Source: Pseudobutyrivibrio sp. (GTDB lineage Bacteria > Bacteroidota > Bacteroidia > Bacteroidales > Marinilabiliaceae). Taken from it: a stretch of DNA of 64,000 nt. Positions 9,073 to 19,594 of the stretch are shown in pieces. The notes beneath the pieces were generated by a model, which made no database searches, was not told the DNA's origin, and was given only the letters and a program-made list of their open reading frames with translations. Location: the NCBI GenBank assembly GCA_963639155.1, contig CAVHUG010000010.1:47610-111609 (forward strand). The letters are read 5' to 3'. The position numbers and the translations under genes were made by a program. The stretch's first letter is position 1. Every line of letters starts with the position of its first letter.

Positions 9073-10695
9073 TTAGAGGGTAGGACCGAGCGGAGCTGTG
9101 GGGAGGTCGGCAGGTTTGGGCGTATCGGCGAAGAGGAACTCGTCGATGATGTCGGTGAACTCCTTGGAGTTGCGGATTTTAAGGAACTCTGTTTGTCGTC
9201 GGATTTGTCGGAAATTGTCGTAGCCCAAGTCGAGAGTCTGGTGGAGGTATTTGAGCGCGTTAGGGATGTCGTTGATGGCGGCGTAGAAGCAAGCTGCGCC
9301 GTAGATGTCGTATTGATTGTTGGACGAGGTCTGTTGTTCGATCATGCCGAGGGCCTTGTCTTTTTTGCCTTGAGCGTAGAGCGCGATGGCGGCGATGGTG
9401 GTGTTTTGTGACTGTGCGGCGACATTGAAGTCGCTAATGGCGGAATCGGTGCCGCCGTTTTGCTTGTTGGAGTGACCTCGGTAAAGGAAATAGATGGGGT
9501 TGAACGGGTCTAAGTCGATGGCAGCGGAGTAGTAGGCGACGGCTTTTTTGAAATGCAGGGCCGCCATCTCGCAATGTGCGCGTGCGGCGTGGAAGTCTGG
9601 ATCGTTCGGGTAAAAGTTGGCGAGGTTGTTATATATATTGATGGCGTCGGCGGTCCTTCCTCCCTCTTCAAGGCAGCGAGCCTTCTCGAACAGGAGAGCT
9701 GAGTTAGAAGGGTCGAGAGCAATGGCTTTGTCGTAGAACTCGACGGCTTGGTTGAAGAGACCCAATATGGCGTAGATGCATGCGATTTTGTAGTTAGCGA
9801 AAGGCGAGTTGTCGTATCTGAGCCCTTTTTTGAAGGCATTTACGGCAGCGAGGTATTTGTGGGCGGAGAGATAAGTCTCGCCGAGCAGATTTTGCCATTT
9901 GACGGCATGAGGGGATTTGAGGATTTGTTTTTTCACCTTGTCTTCAATGACGTCGAGAGCGGAATCGGCGAGAACGTCCACGCACTCAAGCAGCCTTCTG
10001 ATGGAGCTGTCTTGATCGTAGGCCGCGATGATGTCGTCGGCGGCTTGAGAGTATTTCTTGAGCCACGTGTATGCGACAGCCCTTATGAAGAAGGCCCCGA
10101 ATTTTGAAGAGGTGTATTTCCCCAAAGCGGATGTGGCATAGGCGACAGCCTCGTCGTATTTCTCTTGTCGGATGGCGTTTGATGCGAGATGGTAAAGTCC
10201 CCAGTAAGGGACGTCTCCTGAGCCGATGTCGACCATCGTCTTGAAGTCCTTGTTAGAGAGGTCGTATTTGCTTTGGAGAGCGTATATGTGCGCACGAGAG
10301 TAGTATAAGTCACCTTTTTCCGGATAGAGGCTGATGGCAGTCGTCAAGTCTTTTAAGGCGGCTGTGGTGTCGCTTTGCTGAAGAGAAATGTCGGATCTGG
10401 TCGAGTAGGCGTTAGCGATAGAGCGCTTGTCTTTTTGTGGGATAAGTCTTAATGCGTTTTGTATGGCGAAGTTGGCTTGCGAGAGCTGGTTTTGCGCCAG
10501 ATAGATTTCTGCGATATAGCCGTAGGCATAACCATTTTTGTCATCTTCGCTAAGCTCGCGGTAGAAGAAGTCGAGTGCAGTGTCGTAATCGTTTGAGCGA
10601 AAGGCCTCTACCCCCTGTTTGAAGAGGTAAGAGCTGTTGTCTGCTATCGCGGAGGATGCGATGAGGAGGATGATTGTGAAAAAGGTGGCTCTCAT
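9073..10695 (-). CDS. Secreted tetratricopeptide-repeat (TPR) protein
   Basis: Signal peptide MRATFFTIILLIASSAIA. TPR-like units occur throughout, for example AVEFYDKAIALDPSNSALLFEKARCLEE and AVAYYSAAIDLDPFNPIYFLYRGH. Confidence 0.8.
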   Translation of the reverse strand: MRATFFTIILLIASSAIADNSSYLFKQGVEAFRSNDYDTALDFFYRELSEDDKNGYAYGYIAEIYLAQNQLSQANFAIQNALRLIPQKDKRSIANAYSTRSDISLQQSDTTAALKDLTTAISLYPEKGDLYYSRAHIYALQSKYDLSNKDFKTMVDIGSGDVPYWGLYHLASNAIRQEKYDEAVAYATSALGKYTSSKFGAFFIRAVAYTWLKKYSQAADDIIAAYDQDSSIRRLLECVDVLADSALDVIEDKVKKQILKSPHAVKWQNLLGETYLSAHKYLAAVNAFKKGLRYDNSPFANYKIACIYAILGLFNQAVEFYDKAIALDPSNSALLFEKARCLEEGGRTADAINIYNNLANFYPNDPDFHAARAHCEMAALHFKKAVAYYSAAIDLDPFNPIYFLYRGHSNKQNGGTDSAISDFNVAAQSQNTTIAAIALYAQGKKDKALGMIEQQTSSNNQYDIYGAACFYAAINDIPNALKYLHQTLDLGYDNFRQIRRQTEFLKIRNSKEFTDIIDEFLFADTPKPADLPTAPLGPTL

Positions 10696-10840
10696 GTTAT
10701 GTGAGTGTTTTATGGAGTGTTGGTTAATGATGGAGGATGCTTGTAGTTATAGTACGCAGTGAGGGGCATTTTGTTGGGAGATAAAATAAAAGAGGCCTCA
10801 CCTTTTGTGGCGGGGCCTCGTGGTATGGGGTGTCAAGTTG

Positions 10841-12838
10841 TTAGTCTTGCGAATCGGCGTTGTTGGGCTGTTGCGCGTCGTCGGCGGGTTGAGACTCGGC
10901 TTTTGCCTTTTCGGCTTTTGCCTTCTCATCGTCGGCGAGCTCGTCCTCGCGTTTTTTCCAGGGGCGGGGTCCGAAGATACGTTCGACATCTTCTGTGAAG
11001 ATGACCTCGCGCTCGAGTAGGAGTTCAGCGAGCTGCTTGTGCTTGTCGGCGTTGGCGCGGAGGATGTCTTTGGCGCGGGCGTATTGGGTATCGATGATAT
11101 TGGAGACCTCCTCGTCGATGATTCGGGCGCGCTCTTCGGAGTAGGGGGAACGGAAGGCGTAGTCTTGCTGTCCAGTGGAGTCGTAGTAGCAGACGTTTGG
11201 CAGGCGGTCGCTCATGCCGTAGTATGTGACCATTGCCGTGGCCTGCTTGTTGGCTCGTTCGAGGTCGTTGAGGGCTCCAGTGCCGACTTCGCCGTAAGTG
11301 AGGTCTTCTGCAGCACGTCCGCCGAGGATGGAGCAAATGTTGTCGAGGAGGTGTGCCTTGGTTGTCAGTTGTCGTTCCTCGGGCTGGTACCATGCCGCTC
11401 CGAGGGCTTTGCCACGCGGGACGATGGTTACTTTTACGAGCGGGTTGGCGAACTCGAGGAGCCAGCTGACGGTGGCGTGACCAGCCTCGTGGCAAGCTAT
11501 GGCGCGACGCTCCTCTTCGGTCGTTATCCTGTTCTTCTTCTCGAGACCTCCGACGATGCGGTCGACGGCGTCTTGGAAGTCTTGCTTGTCGACGAACTTC
11601 TTGCCGTGGCGTGCCGCTGTGAGGGCAGCCTCGTTGCAGACGTTTGCGATGTCGGCGCCGGAGAAGCCCGGGGTCAGTTTGGCGAGGAAAGAGCGGTCGA
11701 AATCGGGAGCGAGCTTGAGAGGTCGGAGGTGGACGTTGAAGATGGCTTCACGCTCGTTGATGTCCGGCAGTTCGACTTGTACTTGTCGGTCGAAACGTCC
11801 CGCACGCATGAGTGCGGGGTCGAGAATTTCGGCGCGGTTGGTGGCGGCGAGAATTATGACGCCGCTGTTGTTGCCGAAGCCGTCCATCTCGGTGAGGAGC
11901 TGGTTGAGTGTGTTCTCTCGCTCCTCGTTTGTGCCGAATCCGGAGTTGCGTCCGCGGGCGCGTCCGATGGCATCGATCTCGTCGATGAAGACGATGCTTG
12001 GAGCTTTCTCCTTGGCTTTTTTGAAGAGGTCTCGGACTCGGCTTGCGCCGACGCCTACGAACATCTCGACGAAATCGGAGCCGGACATGGAGAAGAAGGG
12101 CACGTTGGCCTCTCCGGCGACGGCTTTGGCGAGGAGGGTCTTGCCTGTTCCTGGAGGGCCTACGAGGAGCGCGCCCTTAGGAATTTTGCCGCCAAGCTCG
12201 GTGTATTTCTCGGGGTGGCGGAGGAACTCGACGATTTCCTCGAGTTCTTGCTTTGCTCCGTCGAGACCTGCAACATCTTTGAAAGTGACGTCGACGGTGG
12301 TGTCTTTTCCAACCTCTTTGGCCTTGGAGTTCCCGACACCCATTACGCCGCCACCGCTGCCACCCATACGTCGGAAGAGGAAGTAGTAGATGAAGGCGAA
12401 GAAGATGAGCGGCCATATGAACATCATGGCTCCTCCGAGGAAGTCGCTACGTTGCTCGTAGAAGACGGGGATGGCACGCCCGGCGGCATCCTCGGCGGCT
12501 TTGCGGCTTGCCTCGAAGCTGTCGATGGAAGGGAGGTCGACGACGAAGTGAGGACCTTTTACGGGGACAGGGGCGTTGCTCAAGAAGAGGCTCTTGTAGT
12601 TCTCGACGGAGTCGGGGAACAGGGTCACTTCGGCTTGGAGGTCGTTGCGGACGACGACAATTTTTTCAACTCCTTGTCGGCCGAGTAGCTCTTTCTCGAA
12701 GCGGGTGTAGGAGAGGCTGTGTGGCGTCGAGCCGAAGCCCAAGGTGCTGATGACGATGAGGGCGACGGCGACTAAGCCGTAGATCCAGTAGGGATTGAAT
12801 GCAAGGGGAGTTTTGCCTTTTCTTCCTTTGTCGGCCAT
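10841..12838 (-). CDS. ftsH: ATP-dependent zinc metalloprotease FtsH
   Basis: Walker [19 protein letters not shown], Walker [10 protein letters not shown], zinc site HEAGHA and two N-terminal TM segments. Lys/Asp/Gln-rich tail. Confidence 0.97.
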   Translation of the reverse strand: MADKGRKGKTPLAFNPYWIYGLVAVALIVISTLGFGSTPHSLSYTRFEKELLGRQGVEKIVVVRNDLQAEVTLFPDSVENYKSLFLSNAPVPVKGPHFVVDLPSIDSFEASRKAAEDAAGRAIPVFYEQRSDFLGGAMMFIWPLIFFAFIYYFLFRRMGGSGGGVMGVGNSKAKEVGKDTTVDVTFKDVAGLDGAKQELEEIVEFLRHPEKYTELGGKIPKGALLVGPPGTGKTLLAKAVAGEANVPFFSMSGSDFVEMFVGVGASRVRDLFKKAKEKAPSIVFIDEIDAIGRARGRNSGFGTNEERENTLNQLLTEMDGFGNNSGVIILAATNRAEILDPALMRAGRFDRQVQVELPDINEREAIFNVHLRPLKLAPDFDRSFLAKLTPGFSGADIANVCNEAALTAARHGKKFVDKQDFQDAVDRIVGGLEKKNRITTEEERRAIACHEAGHATVSWLLEFANPLVKVTIVPRGKALGAAWYQPEERQLTTKAHLLDNICSILGGRAAEDLTYGEVGTGALNDLERANKQATAMVTYYGMSDRLPNVCYYDSTGQQDYAFRSPYSEERARIIDEEVSNIIDTQYARAKDILRANADKHKQLAELLLEREVIFTEDVERIFGPRPWKKREDELADDEKAKAEKAKAESQPADDAQQPNNADSQD

Positions 12839-12910
12839 AATTGGGTGAACGGTTTAAAGTTGGTGTGTTGGGATGTGTTTGGGGGAGACGAGGGGAGACG
12901 GGAGTATGGG

Positions 12911-13273
12911 TTAGATGTCGTCGGGGATGTCTTGACGTTTGCCGTCAGACCAGAGACCTTCGAGATCGTAGAAGGAGCGTTCCTCGGGGAGGAAGACGTG
13001 TGCGACGACGTCGTGGTAGTCGATGAGAATCCAAGAGGCGTTGGCTCGTCCCTCGTAGTGGATGGGTCGGTCGTTGAGGTCTTCGCGGACACGGTCGACG
13101 ACGGACTCGGCGATGGACTCGACTTGTGTGTTGGAGTTGCCATCGGCGATGACGTAGAAGTCAGCGGAAGCGCCGTCGAGACCGCGGAGGTCGATGATGG
13201 AGATGTTGTGCGCCTTGTTGTCTTTCATGCCCTCGACGACGGACTCGACGAGAGCGTTTTTTATGTTTTCCAT
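12911..13273 (-). CDS. rsfS: Ribosome silencing factor RsfS
   Basis: 120 aa containing ADFYVIADGNSNTQVESIAESV...WILIDYHDVVAHVFLPEERSFYDLEGLW, which is typical RsfS/Iojap. Confidence 0.9.
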   Translation of the reverse strand: MENIKNALVESVVEGMKDNKAHNISIIDLRGLDGASADFYVIADGNSNTQVESIAESVVDRVREDLNDRPIHYEGRANASWILIDYHDVVAHVFLPEERSFYDLEGLWSDGKRQDIPDDI

Positions 13274-13287
13274 TAAGAAAATAGTGG

Positions 13288-15744
13288 TCAGTTGTTGTTA
13301 TTGTCGTCTTGTTTTTGTTCGAGGGCGATGTCGAGAACCTCGGCGACGCGCTGGACGTAGTGGAAGGTGAGTCCTTGGACGTATTCCTTTTTAATGGCGT
13401 CAATATCTTTCTGGTTCTCGTTGCAGAGGATGATGTCGGTTATGCCTGCGCGTTTTGCGGCGAGGATTTTTTCTGTTATGCCGCCTACGGGGAGGACCAT
13501 GCCGCGGAGGGTGATCTCGCCTGTCATGGCGATGCGTTTGCGGACGCGTCGGCCCGTCAGGGCGGAGACGATGGCCGTTGTCATGGTGACGCCAGCGGAG
13601 GGTCCGTCTTTTGGCACGGCGCCTTCGGGGACGTGGATATGGAAATTCTCGTTGTCGAAGTCGACATCGGTTATGCCGAAAGCCTCGGCGTTGGAGCGGA
13701 CGATTTCGAGGGCGAGGATGGCTGACTCTTTCATGACATCGCCTAGGTTTCCGGTGAGCGTCATTTTCCCCTTGCCTTTGCTGGCGGCGCACTCGACGAA
13801 GAGGATTTCGCCGCCGACGGCTGTCCAGGCGAGACCTGTCACGACACCTGCGGGGAGGTCGTCATGCCAGATGTCGTGGTCGAACTTCTCGTTTCCGAGG
13901 AGGCGTTTGACATCGGCAGGGGAGATTGCGGGATTGGGGTTGTTGCCTTTGGCTACTTCGAGAGCCACTTTGCGGCATAGGTGGGCGAGCTCCTTGTCGA
14001 GAGTTCGGACACCGCTTTCGCGAGTGTATTTCTCGATGATGTATGAGATCGTCTCGTCGGACAGAGAGAGTTGTTCGGGTTTGAGTCCGTTGTTTGTAAT
14101 CTCCTTAGGGACGAGGTGTCGATGGGCTATTTGTATTTTCTCTTCGAGGAGGTAGCCGTCGACGGGGATCAGCTCCATGCGGTCGAGCAGAGGTGCCGGT
14201 ATGGTCCCGAGGGTGTTGGCCGTGGCGATGAAGAGAACCTTTGAGAGGTCGTAGTCGAGATCGAGAAAATTGTCGTGGAAAGCTGTGTTCTGCTCGGGGT
14301 CGAGAACTTCGAGGAGGGCGGAGGCGGGGTCGCCGTGGTAGTCGCTGCTGACTTTATCGATCTCGTCGAGAATGAAGACAGGGTTGGAGGAGCCGGCGAT
14401 GCGGATGTTCTCAAGGATGCGTCCGGGCATGGCTCCGATGTACGTGCGGCGGTGACCGCGGATTTCGGCCTCGTCATGGAGACCGCCGAGAGACATGCGG
14501 ACGTATTTTCGCCCGAGAGCTTCGGCTACGCTCTTGCCGAGAGATGTCTTGCCGACGCCTGGGGGGCCATAGAGGCAGATGATAGGGCTTTTGAGGTCTC
14601 CTTTCAGCTTGAGGACGGCGAGGTGCTCGAGGATGCGCTCCTTGACTTTCTCCATGCCGTAGTGGCGCGAGTCGAGAACTTGTTGCGCACGGTTGATGTC
14701 GAGATTGTCATCGGTGTAGAAGCCCCAAGGGAGGGCGACCATGGCGTCGAGGTAGTTTTGGCTGATTCCGAACTCTGGGGAGTTGGAGTTCAGGCGCGAG
14801 AAGCGGTCAAGCTCCTTGTCGAAGGCTTCTTGCGTCTCTTTGCTCCAGACCTTTTGGGCGGCTTGCGCCCGGTATTTGGCCACGAGTGCGCTTTGCGGAT
14901 TGTCTCCCAGCTCGTCTTGGATGGTGCGGGTCATCTCGTGGAGCATGTACTCGCGCTGTTGGCGGTCGATTCCTTGGCGTGCTTTGGACTGGATGTCGTC
15001 TTTCAGCTTAAGAAATTGCAGCTGTTTCTCGACGAGTGTCATGAGGCATTCGGCGCGCTCGTAGATGTTTGGGCATTTGAGCAGTTCTGCTTTAGCTTGT
15101 ACTTCGGCGTTGATGTTGGACGCGACGAGGTTTATGAGGAAGTTGGAGTCCGTGATGTTTCGGACTGCGACGGCGGCTTCTGGAGGAGCGGATTCCATGA
15201 GTCGGAACACTTCAGAGGCTTTGTCTCGGATTGCGGCGATGAGGACTTCGAGTCGTTCTTTTTGGTCGTCGGGGATGCGTGTTTCCCTGGCGCGTCGGAT
15301 GGTGGCTTTGAGGAAGGGCTCGGATTGCGTCTGCTCGATGATGTTAACGCGCTCAAGACCGTTGATGATGACGGTCAGGGTGTTGTCGGGCATATTGACG
15401 ACTTTGACGATGCGCGCGGTCACTCCGACTGTGTGGAGGTCGGCGATAGATGGGGTCTCCTCGTTCTCGTCGAGTTGCGTTGCTGCGACGAAGATGCCGT
15501 GGTCGCGGCTTACTTGGTCGATGAGGGCGCGAGATGCGGGTCGTCCGACGGAGATTGGCAGGACGGTATTTGGGAAGAGGACCGAGTTGCGGAGAGCCAT
15601 GACGGGCAGCTCTTTAGGGAGTTGGATCTTCTTCTTGTCGCCGCTGTCGATGACGAAAGAGTGGTTGCCTTCGGCGAGGTTTGTCTCGTCGAAAGGGTTT
15701 GCCTCTATAAGCTGTATTTTTTTGCTGTTGGAGTTGTCGCTCAT
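13288..15744 (-). CDS. lon: Endopeptidase La (Lon protease)
   Basis: 818 aa. The Lon N-domain is followed by Walker A GPPGVGKTSLGKSVA and the protease site PKDGPSAGVTMTTAIVSAL. Confidence 0.97.
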   Translation of the reverse strand: MSDNSNSKKIQLIEANPFDETNLAEGNHSFVIDSGDKKKIQLPKELPVMALRNSVLFPNTVLPISVGRPASRALIDQVSRDHGIFVAATQLDENEETPSIADLHTVGVTARIVKVVNMPDNTLTVIINGLERVNIIEQTQSEPFLKATIRRARETRIPDDQKERLEVLIAAIRDKASEVFRLMESAPPEAAVAVRNITDSNFLINLVASNINAEVQAKAELLKCPNIYERAECLMTLVEKQLQFLKLKDDIQSKARQGIDRQQREYMLHEMTRTIQDELGDNPQSALVAKYRAQAAQKVWSKETQEAFDKELDRFSRLNSNSPEFGISQNYLDAMVALPWGFYTDDNLDINRAQQVLDSRHYGMEKVKERILEHLAVLKLKGDLKSPIICLYGPPGVGKTSLGKSVAEALGRKYVRMSLGGLHDEAEIRGHRRTYIGAMPGRILENIRIAGSSNPVFILDEIDKVSSDYHGDPASALLEVLDPEQNTAFHDNFLDLDYDLSKVLFIATANTLGTIPAPLLDRMELIPVDGYLLEEKIQIAHRHLVPKEITNNGLKPEQLSLSDETISYIIEKYTRESGVRTLDKELAHLCRKVALEVAKGNNPNPAISPADVKRLLGNEKFDHDIWHDDLPAGVVTGLAWTAVGGEILFVECAASKGKGKMTLTGNLGDVMKESAILALEIVRSNAEAFGITDVDFDNENFHIHVPEGAVPKDGPSAGVTMTTAIVSALTGRRVRKRIAMTGEITLRGMVLPVGGITEKILAAKRAGITDIILCNENQKDIDAIKKEYVQGLTFHYVQRVAEVLDIALEQKQDDNNNN

Positions 15745-15898
15745 CTATTGGGAAGTGGTGAGTTGTTGTGGGCTTAAAAGCTATGTCTAATATCGTGCCA
15801 CGTTGCCGTTTATTGGCATAAGCTGACAAAAAGTCAGTTTTTGTGGGTTTGGTGTGACATGAGTTAAGCCCCGCGGGGAGGGGAGATGGGTAAGCCGG

Positions 15899-17134
15899 TT
15901 ACGCTTCTTTGAGTTTTGCGGCGCTGAGGTGGCTGATTCTCTCGCGAGCGTAGTCGAGCGATATGGTGAGAGTTGTCTCTCCGGACGTGGGGACGGAGTA
16001 CATCTTGTCGACCATGATGGTTTCGCATATGGCTCTCAGACCTCGAGCTCCGATTTTGAACTCGACAGCCTTGTCGACGATGAAGTCGAGAACCTCGTCG
16101 GGGACGACGAGTTCGACGCCGTCGAGTTTGAAGAGCTTGGTGTATTGTTTGAGGAGAGAGTTTTTGGGTTCGGTGAGTATGCGTCGGAGAGCCTGCCTGT
16201 CGAGGGGCTGGAGGCTGGTGAGAACGGGGAGGCGGCCGATGATCTCGGGGATGAGTCCGAAGGCTTTGAGGTCTTGTGGCGCGACGTATTGCATGAGGTT
16301 GTTGAAGTCGATGCTGTCTCGCGTCTTGTCGGAGTTGTATCCAACGACGCGGGAGTTGAGGCGTTGCGCGATGCGGTCGCGGATGCCGTCGAAGGCGCCG
16401 CCGCAGATGAAGAGAATGTTGCGTGTGTTGACGGCGATGAGTCGTTGCTCCGGGTGTTTGCGTCCGCCCTGTGGTGGTACGTTGACGACGGAGCCTTCGA
16501 GCAGCTTCAGGAGTCCTTGTTGTACGCCTTCTCCGCTGACGTCGCGGGTTATGGACGGGTTGTCGCCTTTGCGTGCGATCTTGTCAATCTCGTCGATGAA
16601 GATGATGCCGCGCTCGGTTCTCTCGACATCGAAATCGGCTTCTTGCAGGAGTCTGGAAATGATGCTTTCGACGTCTTCTCCGACGTAGCCTGCCTCGGTG
16701 AGGACGGTAGCGTCGACGATGGTGAAGGGAACGTCGAGGAGCTTGGCGATGGTGCGAGCGAGGAGGGTTTTGCCTGTGCCAGTGTCGCCGACCATTATGA
16801 TGTTGGACTTTTCGAGTTCGACGTCGTCCGAGTCGTTGCTGTGGATTAGTCGCTTGTAGTGGTTGTATACGGCGACGGAGAGGTATTTTTTAGCTTCGTC
16901 TTGACCAATGACGTATTCGTCGAGGTAGTTTTTTATCTCTTCGGGTTTGCGGAGTTGCAGTGGTTTTTGTGCTTCCTGGAGTCCGAGTTGTTTTGTTGCC
17001 TCTTTGGCTATCTCGTAGGCTTGTGCGGCGCAGTTGTCGCATATAAAACCTGATACGCCGCTGATAAGCACGTGGACTTGCTTGCGGGACCGTCCGCAGA
17101 AGGAGCATTTGTCTTCGTTGACTGCTTTTGCCAT
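15899..17134 (-). CDS. clpX: ATP-dependent Clp protease ATP-binding subunit ClpX
   Basis: Zinc-binding N-terminus CSFCGR...CDNC, Walker [16 protein letters not shown], and IIFIDEIDKI. Confidence 0.97.
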   Translation of the reverse strand: MAKAVNEDKCSFCGRSRKQVHVLISGVSGFICDNCAAQAYEIAKEATKQLGLQEAQKPLQLRKPEEIKNYLDEYVIGQDEAKKYLSVAVYNHYKRLIHSNDSDDVELEKSNIIMVGDTGTGKTLLARTIAKLLDVPFTIVDATVLTEAGYVGEDVESIISRLLQEADFDVERTERGIIFIDEIDKIARKGDNPSITRDVSGEGVQQGLLKLLEGSVVNVPPQGGRKHPEQRLIAVNTRNILFICGGAFDGIRDRIAQRLNSRVVGYNSDKTRDSIDFNNLMQYVAPQDLKAFGLIPEIIGRLPVLTSLQPLDRQALRRILTEPKNSLLKQYTKLFKLDGVELVVPDEVLDFIVDKAVEFKIGARGLRAICETIMVDKMYSVPTSGETTLTISLDYARERISHLSAAKLKEA

Positions 17135-17254
17135 TGGTGTGTGTGGGGTTGGTGGTGTGGTGTCGGGGAGAAGATGTTGTGGAGATTAGGCGCGGGGCCT
17201 CGTCTCCGCGCTTGTCCCCTTATTGTCGCCCAAAATAGGTTTACGTGTGTGGTC

Positions 17255-17935
17255 TTATTTCTTTTCGCGTCGGAGGACCTCGTCGATCATGCCGTAGGCT
17301 TTAGCCTCCTCGGCGGTCATCCAGTGGTCGCGGTCAGAGTCTTTCTCGACGACGTCGAAAGGCTGGCCGGAGTGGGTGGCGATGATGTCGTAGAGTTCTT
17401 TTTTGAGCTTCTGGATTTCTCGTGCCGTAATCTCGATGTCTGATGCTTGGCCTTGCGCTCCGCCCATTGGTTGGTGTATCATGATGCGGGAGTGGGGGAG
17501 TGCGGAGCGTTTGCCGTTGGCTCCAGCGACGAGGAGGACGGCTGCCATGGAAGCTGCGAGACCCGTGCAGATGGTGGCGACGGAGGAGGAGATGTATTGC
17601 ATGGTGTCGTAGATGCCGAGACCTGCGTAGACGCTGCCGCCTGGGGAGTTGAGATATATGGAGATGTCTTTGGAAGAGTCGGCGGACTCGAGGTAGAGGA
17701 GCTGTGCCTGGACGATGTTTGCGACATCGTCGTTGATTTCTGTACCTAAGAAGATGATGCGGTCCATCATGAGGCGCGAGAAGACATCCATGCTGGCGAC
17801 GTTGAGTTGCCTCTCCTCGATGATGGTAGGGGAGATGTAGGAGTCGACGACTCGGGAGTAGCTGTCGAAGAGGTTGCCGCTGATGCCGCGGTGTTGGACT
17901 GCGAATTTGCGGAAGTCGTTGTTGTTCATGCTCAT
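17255..17935 (-). CDS. clpP: ATP-dependent Clp protease proteolytic subunit ClpP
   Basis: Active-site context [15 protein letters not shown] (Ser) and IMIHQPMGG (His). The gene lies between tig and clpX. Confidence 0.96.
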   Translation of the reverse strand: MSMNNNDFRKFAVQHRGISGNLFDSYSRVVDSYISPTIIEERQLNVASMDVFSRLMMDRIIFLGTEINDDVANIVQAQLLYLESADSSKDISIYLNSPGGSVYAGLGIYDTMQYISSSVATICTGLAASMAAVLLVAGANGKRSALPHSRIMIHQPMGGAQGQASDIEITAREIQKLKKELYDIIATHSGQPFDVVEKDSDRDHWMTAEEAKAYGMIDEVLRREKK

Positions 17936-17965
17936 AGGTATGTCAGTTGGTTAATTAACGGCATA

Positions 17966-18002
17966 GGCAGCCTTGCTCGCCAATTAAGGGGGCAAGGCTG
18001 CC
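17966..18002 (-). terminator. Hairpin between tig and clpP (possible attenuating terminator)
   Basis: An 11-bp stem: GGCAGCCTTGC (17966-17976) pairs with GCAAGGCTGCC (17992-18002). No clear U-tract follows on the minus strand. Confidence 0.4.
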
Positions 18003-18035
18003 GTGCCGTATGGTTACTGGGGTTGATGTCCAGTG

Positions 18036-19385
18036 TTATTTGTTGTTGGCGAAGAGCTTGCCGAAGTCTTCTTGGTTGATGGTCTTCTGCTCGACGTTGG
18101 CGTTTTGCTTTGCGATGGCGAATATCTTCTCCTCTACTGCGCCCTCGGCAAGGTGGTTGCGCTGCTCCTCGTTCTGGAGCATGTTGCGAGCGTACTGCTC
18201 GAGCTGCTCGTTGGGGAGGTTTGTGATGCCGTATTGCATGAGTTGCGCGCTGGCGGTCTTCTTAGCGAAGTCGAGCACGTCTTGGAACTCGATCTTGACG
18301 TCGAGAGCCTTTGCGATGTGGTTCTTAACGACTTGCCACTTGAGGTCGCCGACGAATTTAGGGAACTCGTTGGTGAGGACGTCTGGGGTGAACTTGTCGT
18401 TGTCCTTGTTGACGGCGGTGAGCCAGCGTTTGAGGAACTCCTCTGGGAGGTTGAAGTCGCCAGCGGCTTTCATGATGGCCTCGCGGGTGTCGACGTTGAA
18501 ACGGAAGTCCTCTGCCATCTTGTTGGAGGTCTCGAGCTGCTCCTTTACCTTGGCGCGGAAAGCGGCCTCGTCGGCTACCTTGCCGTCGGGGTAGAGGCGG
18601 TTGAAGAGCTCGGCGTTAAGCTCAGCGGGCTTGAACTCGGAGACTTCGGAGATGGCGAAAGTTGCCTTGGCGTCGGCGGGGATGGCAGCGACCTGCTCGT
18701 CGGAGATTTCGAGGAGGTATTTGATCTCCTTGTCGTCCTGGCAGGTATTGTGGAGGTCGAACTCGACGGTGTCGCCGGCTTTCTTGCCGACGAAGAGAGC
18801 TTTCTGCGCCTCGTCCTTGATGACGGTGACGGAGAGGAGTCCTTTCTCGTTCTTGAGCTCGCCGGTCGTCACCTCACCCTTGATGAGGGAGTCTGCGGTA
18901 GATACCTCGACGGGGACGTGGCTGCCGAAGCGGGAGGCGATGTTCTTGACCTGCTCGTCGATGGCAGCGTCGTCGATGGTGATGGTATATGCGGGGATGT
19001 TGAGGTTCTTGTCGAGAGCGACGTTGACGTCGGGGGAGAGTCCGAGGTCGAACTTGAAAGTGAGCTTGTCGATTTCACCGTCGAAGTCGATGGGCTGCTG
19101 GTCTTTGTTTGGGAGAGGCTCGCCGAGGATGTCGAGGTTGTTGTCCTTGATGTAGGAGGAGAGAGTCTCACCTACGAGGTTGTTGATTTGGTCGACGAGG
19201 ATGGATTTGCCGTAGAATTTCTTGACCATGCCAGCGGGAGCGTGGCCAGGGCGGAAACCTTTGATAGCGACACGTTTGCCGTAGTCCTTGATGGCTTTTT
19301 CTACTTTGGGCTCGTAGTCTGCCTTCTCGAACTCTATTGTGAGGATGGCGTTGAGCGCATCAATGTTTTCTTTTGAAATGTTCAT
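18036..19385 (-). CDS. tig: Trigger factor
   Basis: 449 aa. The N-terminus contains the ribosome-binding motif GFRPGHAP. The gene sits upstream of clpP-clpX, the conserved arrangement. Confidence 0.93.
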   Translation of the reverse strand: MNISKENIDALNAILTIEFEKADYEPKVEKAIKDYGKRVAIKGFRPGHAPAGMVKKFYGKSILVDQINNLVGETLSSYIKDNNLDILGEPLPNKDQQPIDFDGEIDKLTFKFDLGLSPDVNVALDKNLNIPAYTITIDDAAIDEQVKNIASRFGSHVPVEVSTADSLIKGEVTTGELKNEKGLLSVTVIKDEAQKALFVGKKAGDTVEFDLHNTCQDDKEIKYLLEISDEQVAAIPADAKATFAISEVSEFKPAELNAELFNRLYPDGKVADEAAFRAKVKEQLETSNKMAEDFRFNVDTREAIMKAAGDFNLPEEFLKRWLTAVNKDNDKFTPDVLTNEFPKFVGDLKWQVVKNHIAKALDVKIEFQDVLDFAKKTASAQLMQYGITNLPNEQLEQYARNMLQNEEQRNHLAEGAVEEKIFAIAKQNANVEQKTINQEDFGKLFANNK

Positions 19386-19422
19386 TTCAACGGGTTGTTG
19401 GGAATGTGAAATATTAGATTAG

Positions 19423-19504
19423 TACGGATGAGGGGACTCGAACCCCTACGCCTTTCGGCATCAGATCCTAAGTCTGACACGTCTACCAATTTCGCCACAT
19501 CCGC
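19423..19504 (-). tRNA. tRNA-Leu (anticodon UAG), 82 nt, CCA not encoded
   Basis: Folded by hand. The acceptor stem is GCGGATG/CATCCGT with discriminator A, and the D-loop contains GG. The anticodon stem is TCAGA/TCTGA with loop CTTAGGA. The long variable arm is GCC-GAAA-GGC. The T-arm is AGGGG-TTCGAGT-CCCCT. Confidence 0.93.
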
Positions 19505-19528
19505 ATGGGCATGCCATTTTAAGCGTGG

Positions 19529-19536
19529 CAAAGTTA
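19529..19536 (-). promoter_or_regulatory. -7 promoter box TAACTTTG upstream of tRNA-Leu
   Basis: The minus strand reads TAACTTTG (TAnnTTTG), 24 nt upstream of the mature tRNA 5' end. Confidence 0.5.
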
Positions 19537-19594
19537 AGGCATTTATCTGCTCGAAAGGCGAAAAGGGTAGTATTTTTTTTTGAGCGTCAAAGGA

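Noticed and set aside
15745-15898. Small hairpins (CTGAC-AAAAA-GTCAG, CCCCGCGGGG) between lon and clpX as terminators
   Set aside because: The stems are only 4-5 bp, with no convincing U-tract on the transcribed (minus) strand. That is too weak to call.
11039-19376. Long plus-strand ORFs antisense to ftsH (11039-12688), lon (14275-15777), clpX (15929-16849) and tig (18033-19376)
   Set aside because: Each lies wholly inside a highly conserved minus-strand gene. All have the same V/G/D/E/A-rich composition with no motifs, so they are codon-bias artefacts.
19386-19594. tRNA-Leu as an integration hotspot for a genomic island
   Set aside because: There is no integrase, no direct repeat of the tRNA 3' end, and no compositional break on either side. 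The flanking genes are core (tig, lptB).
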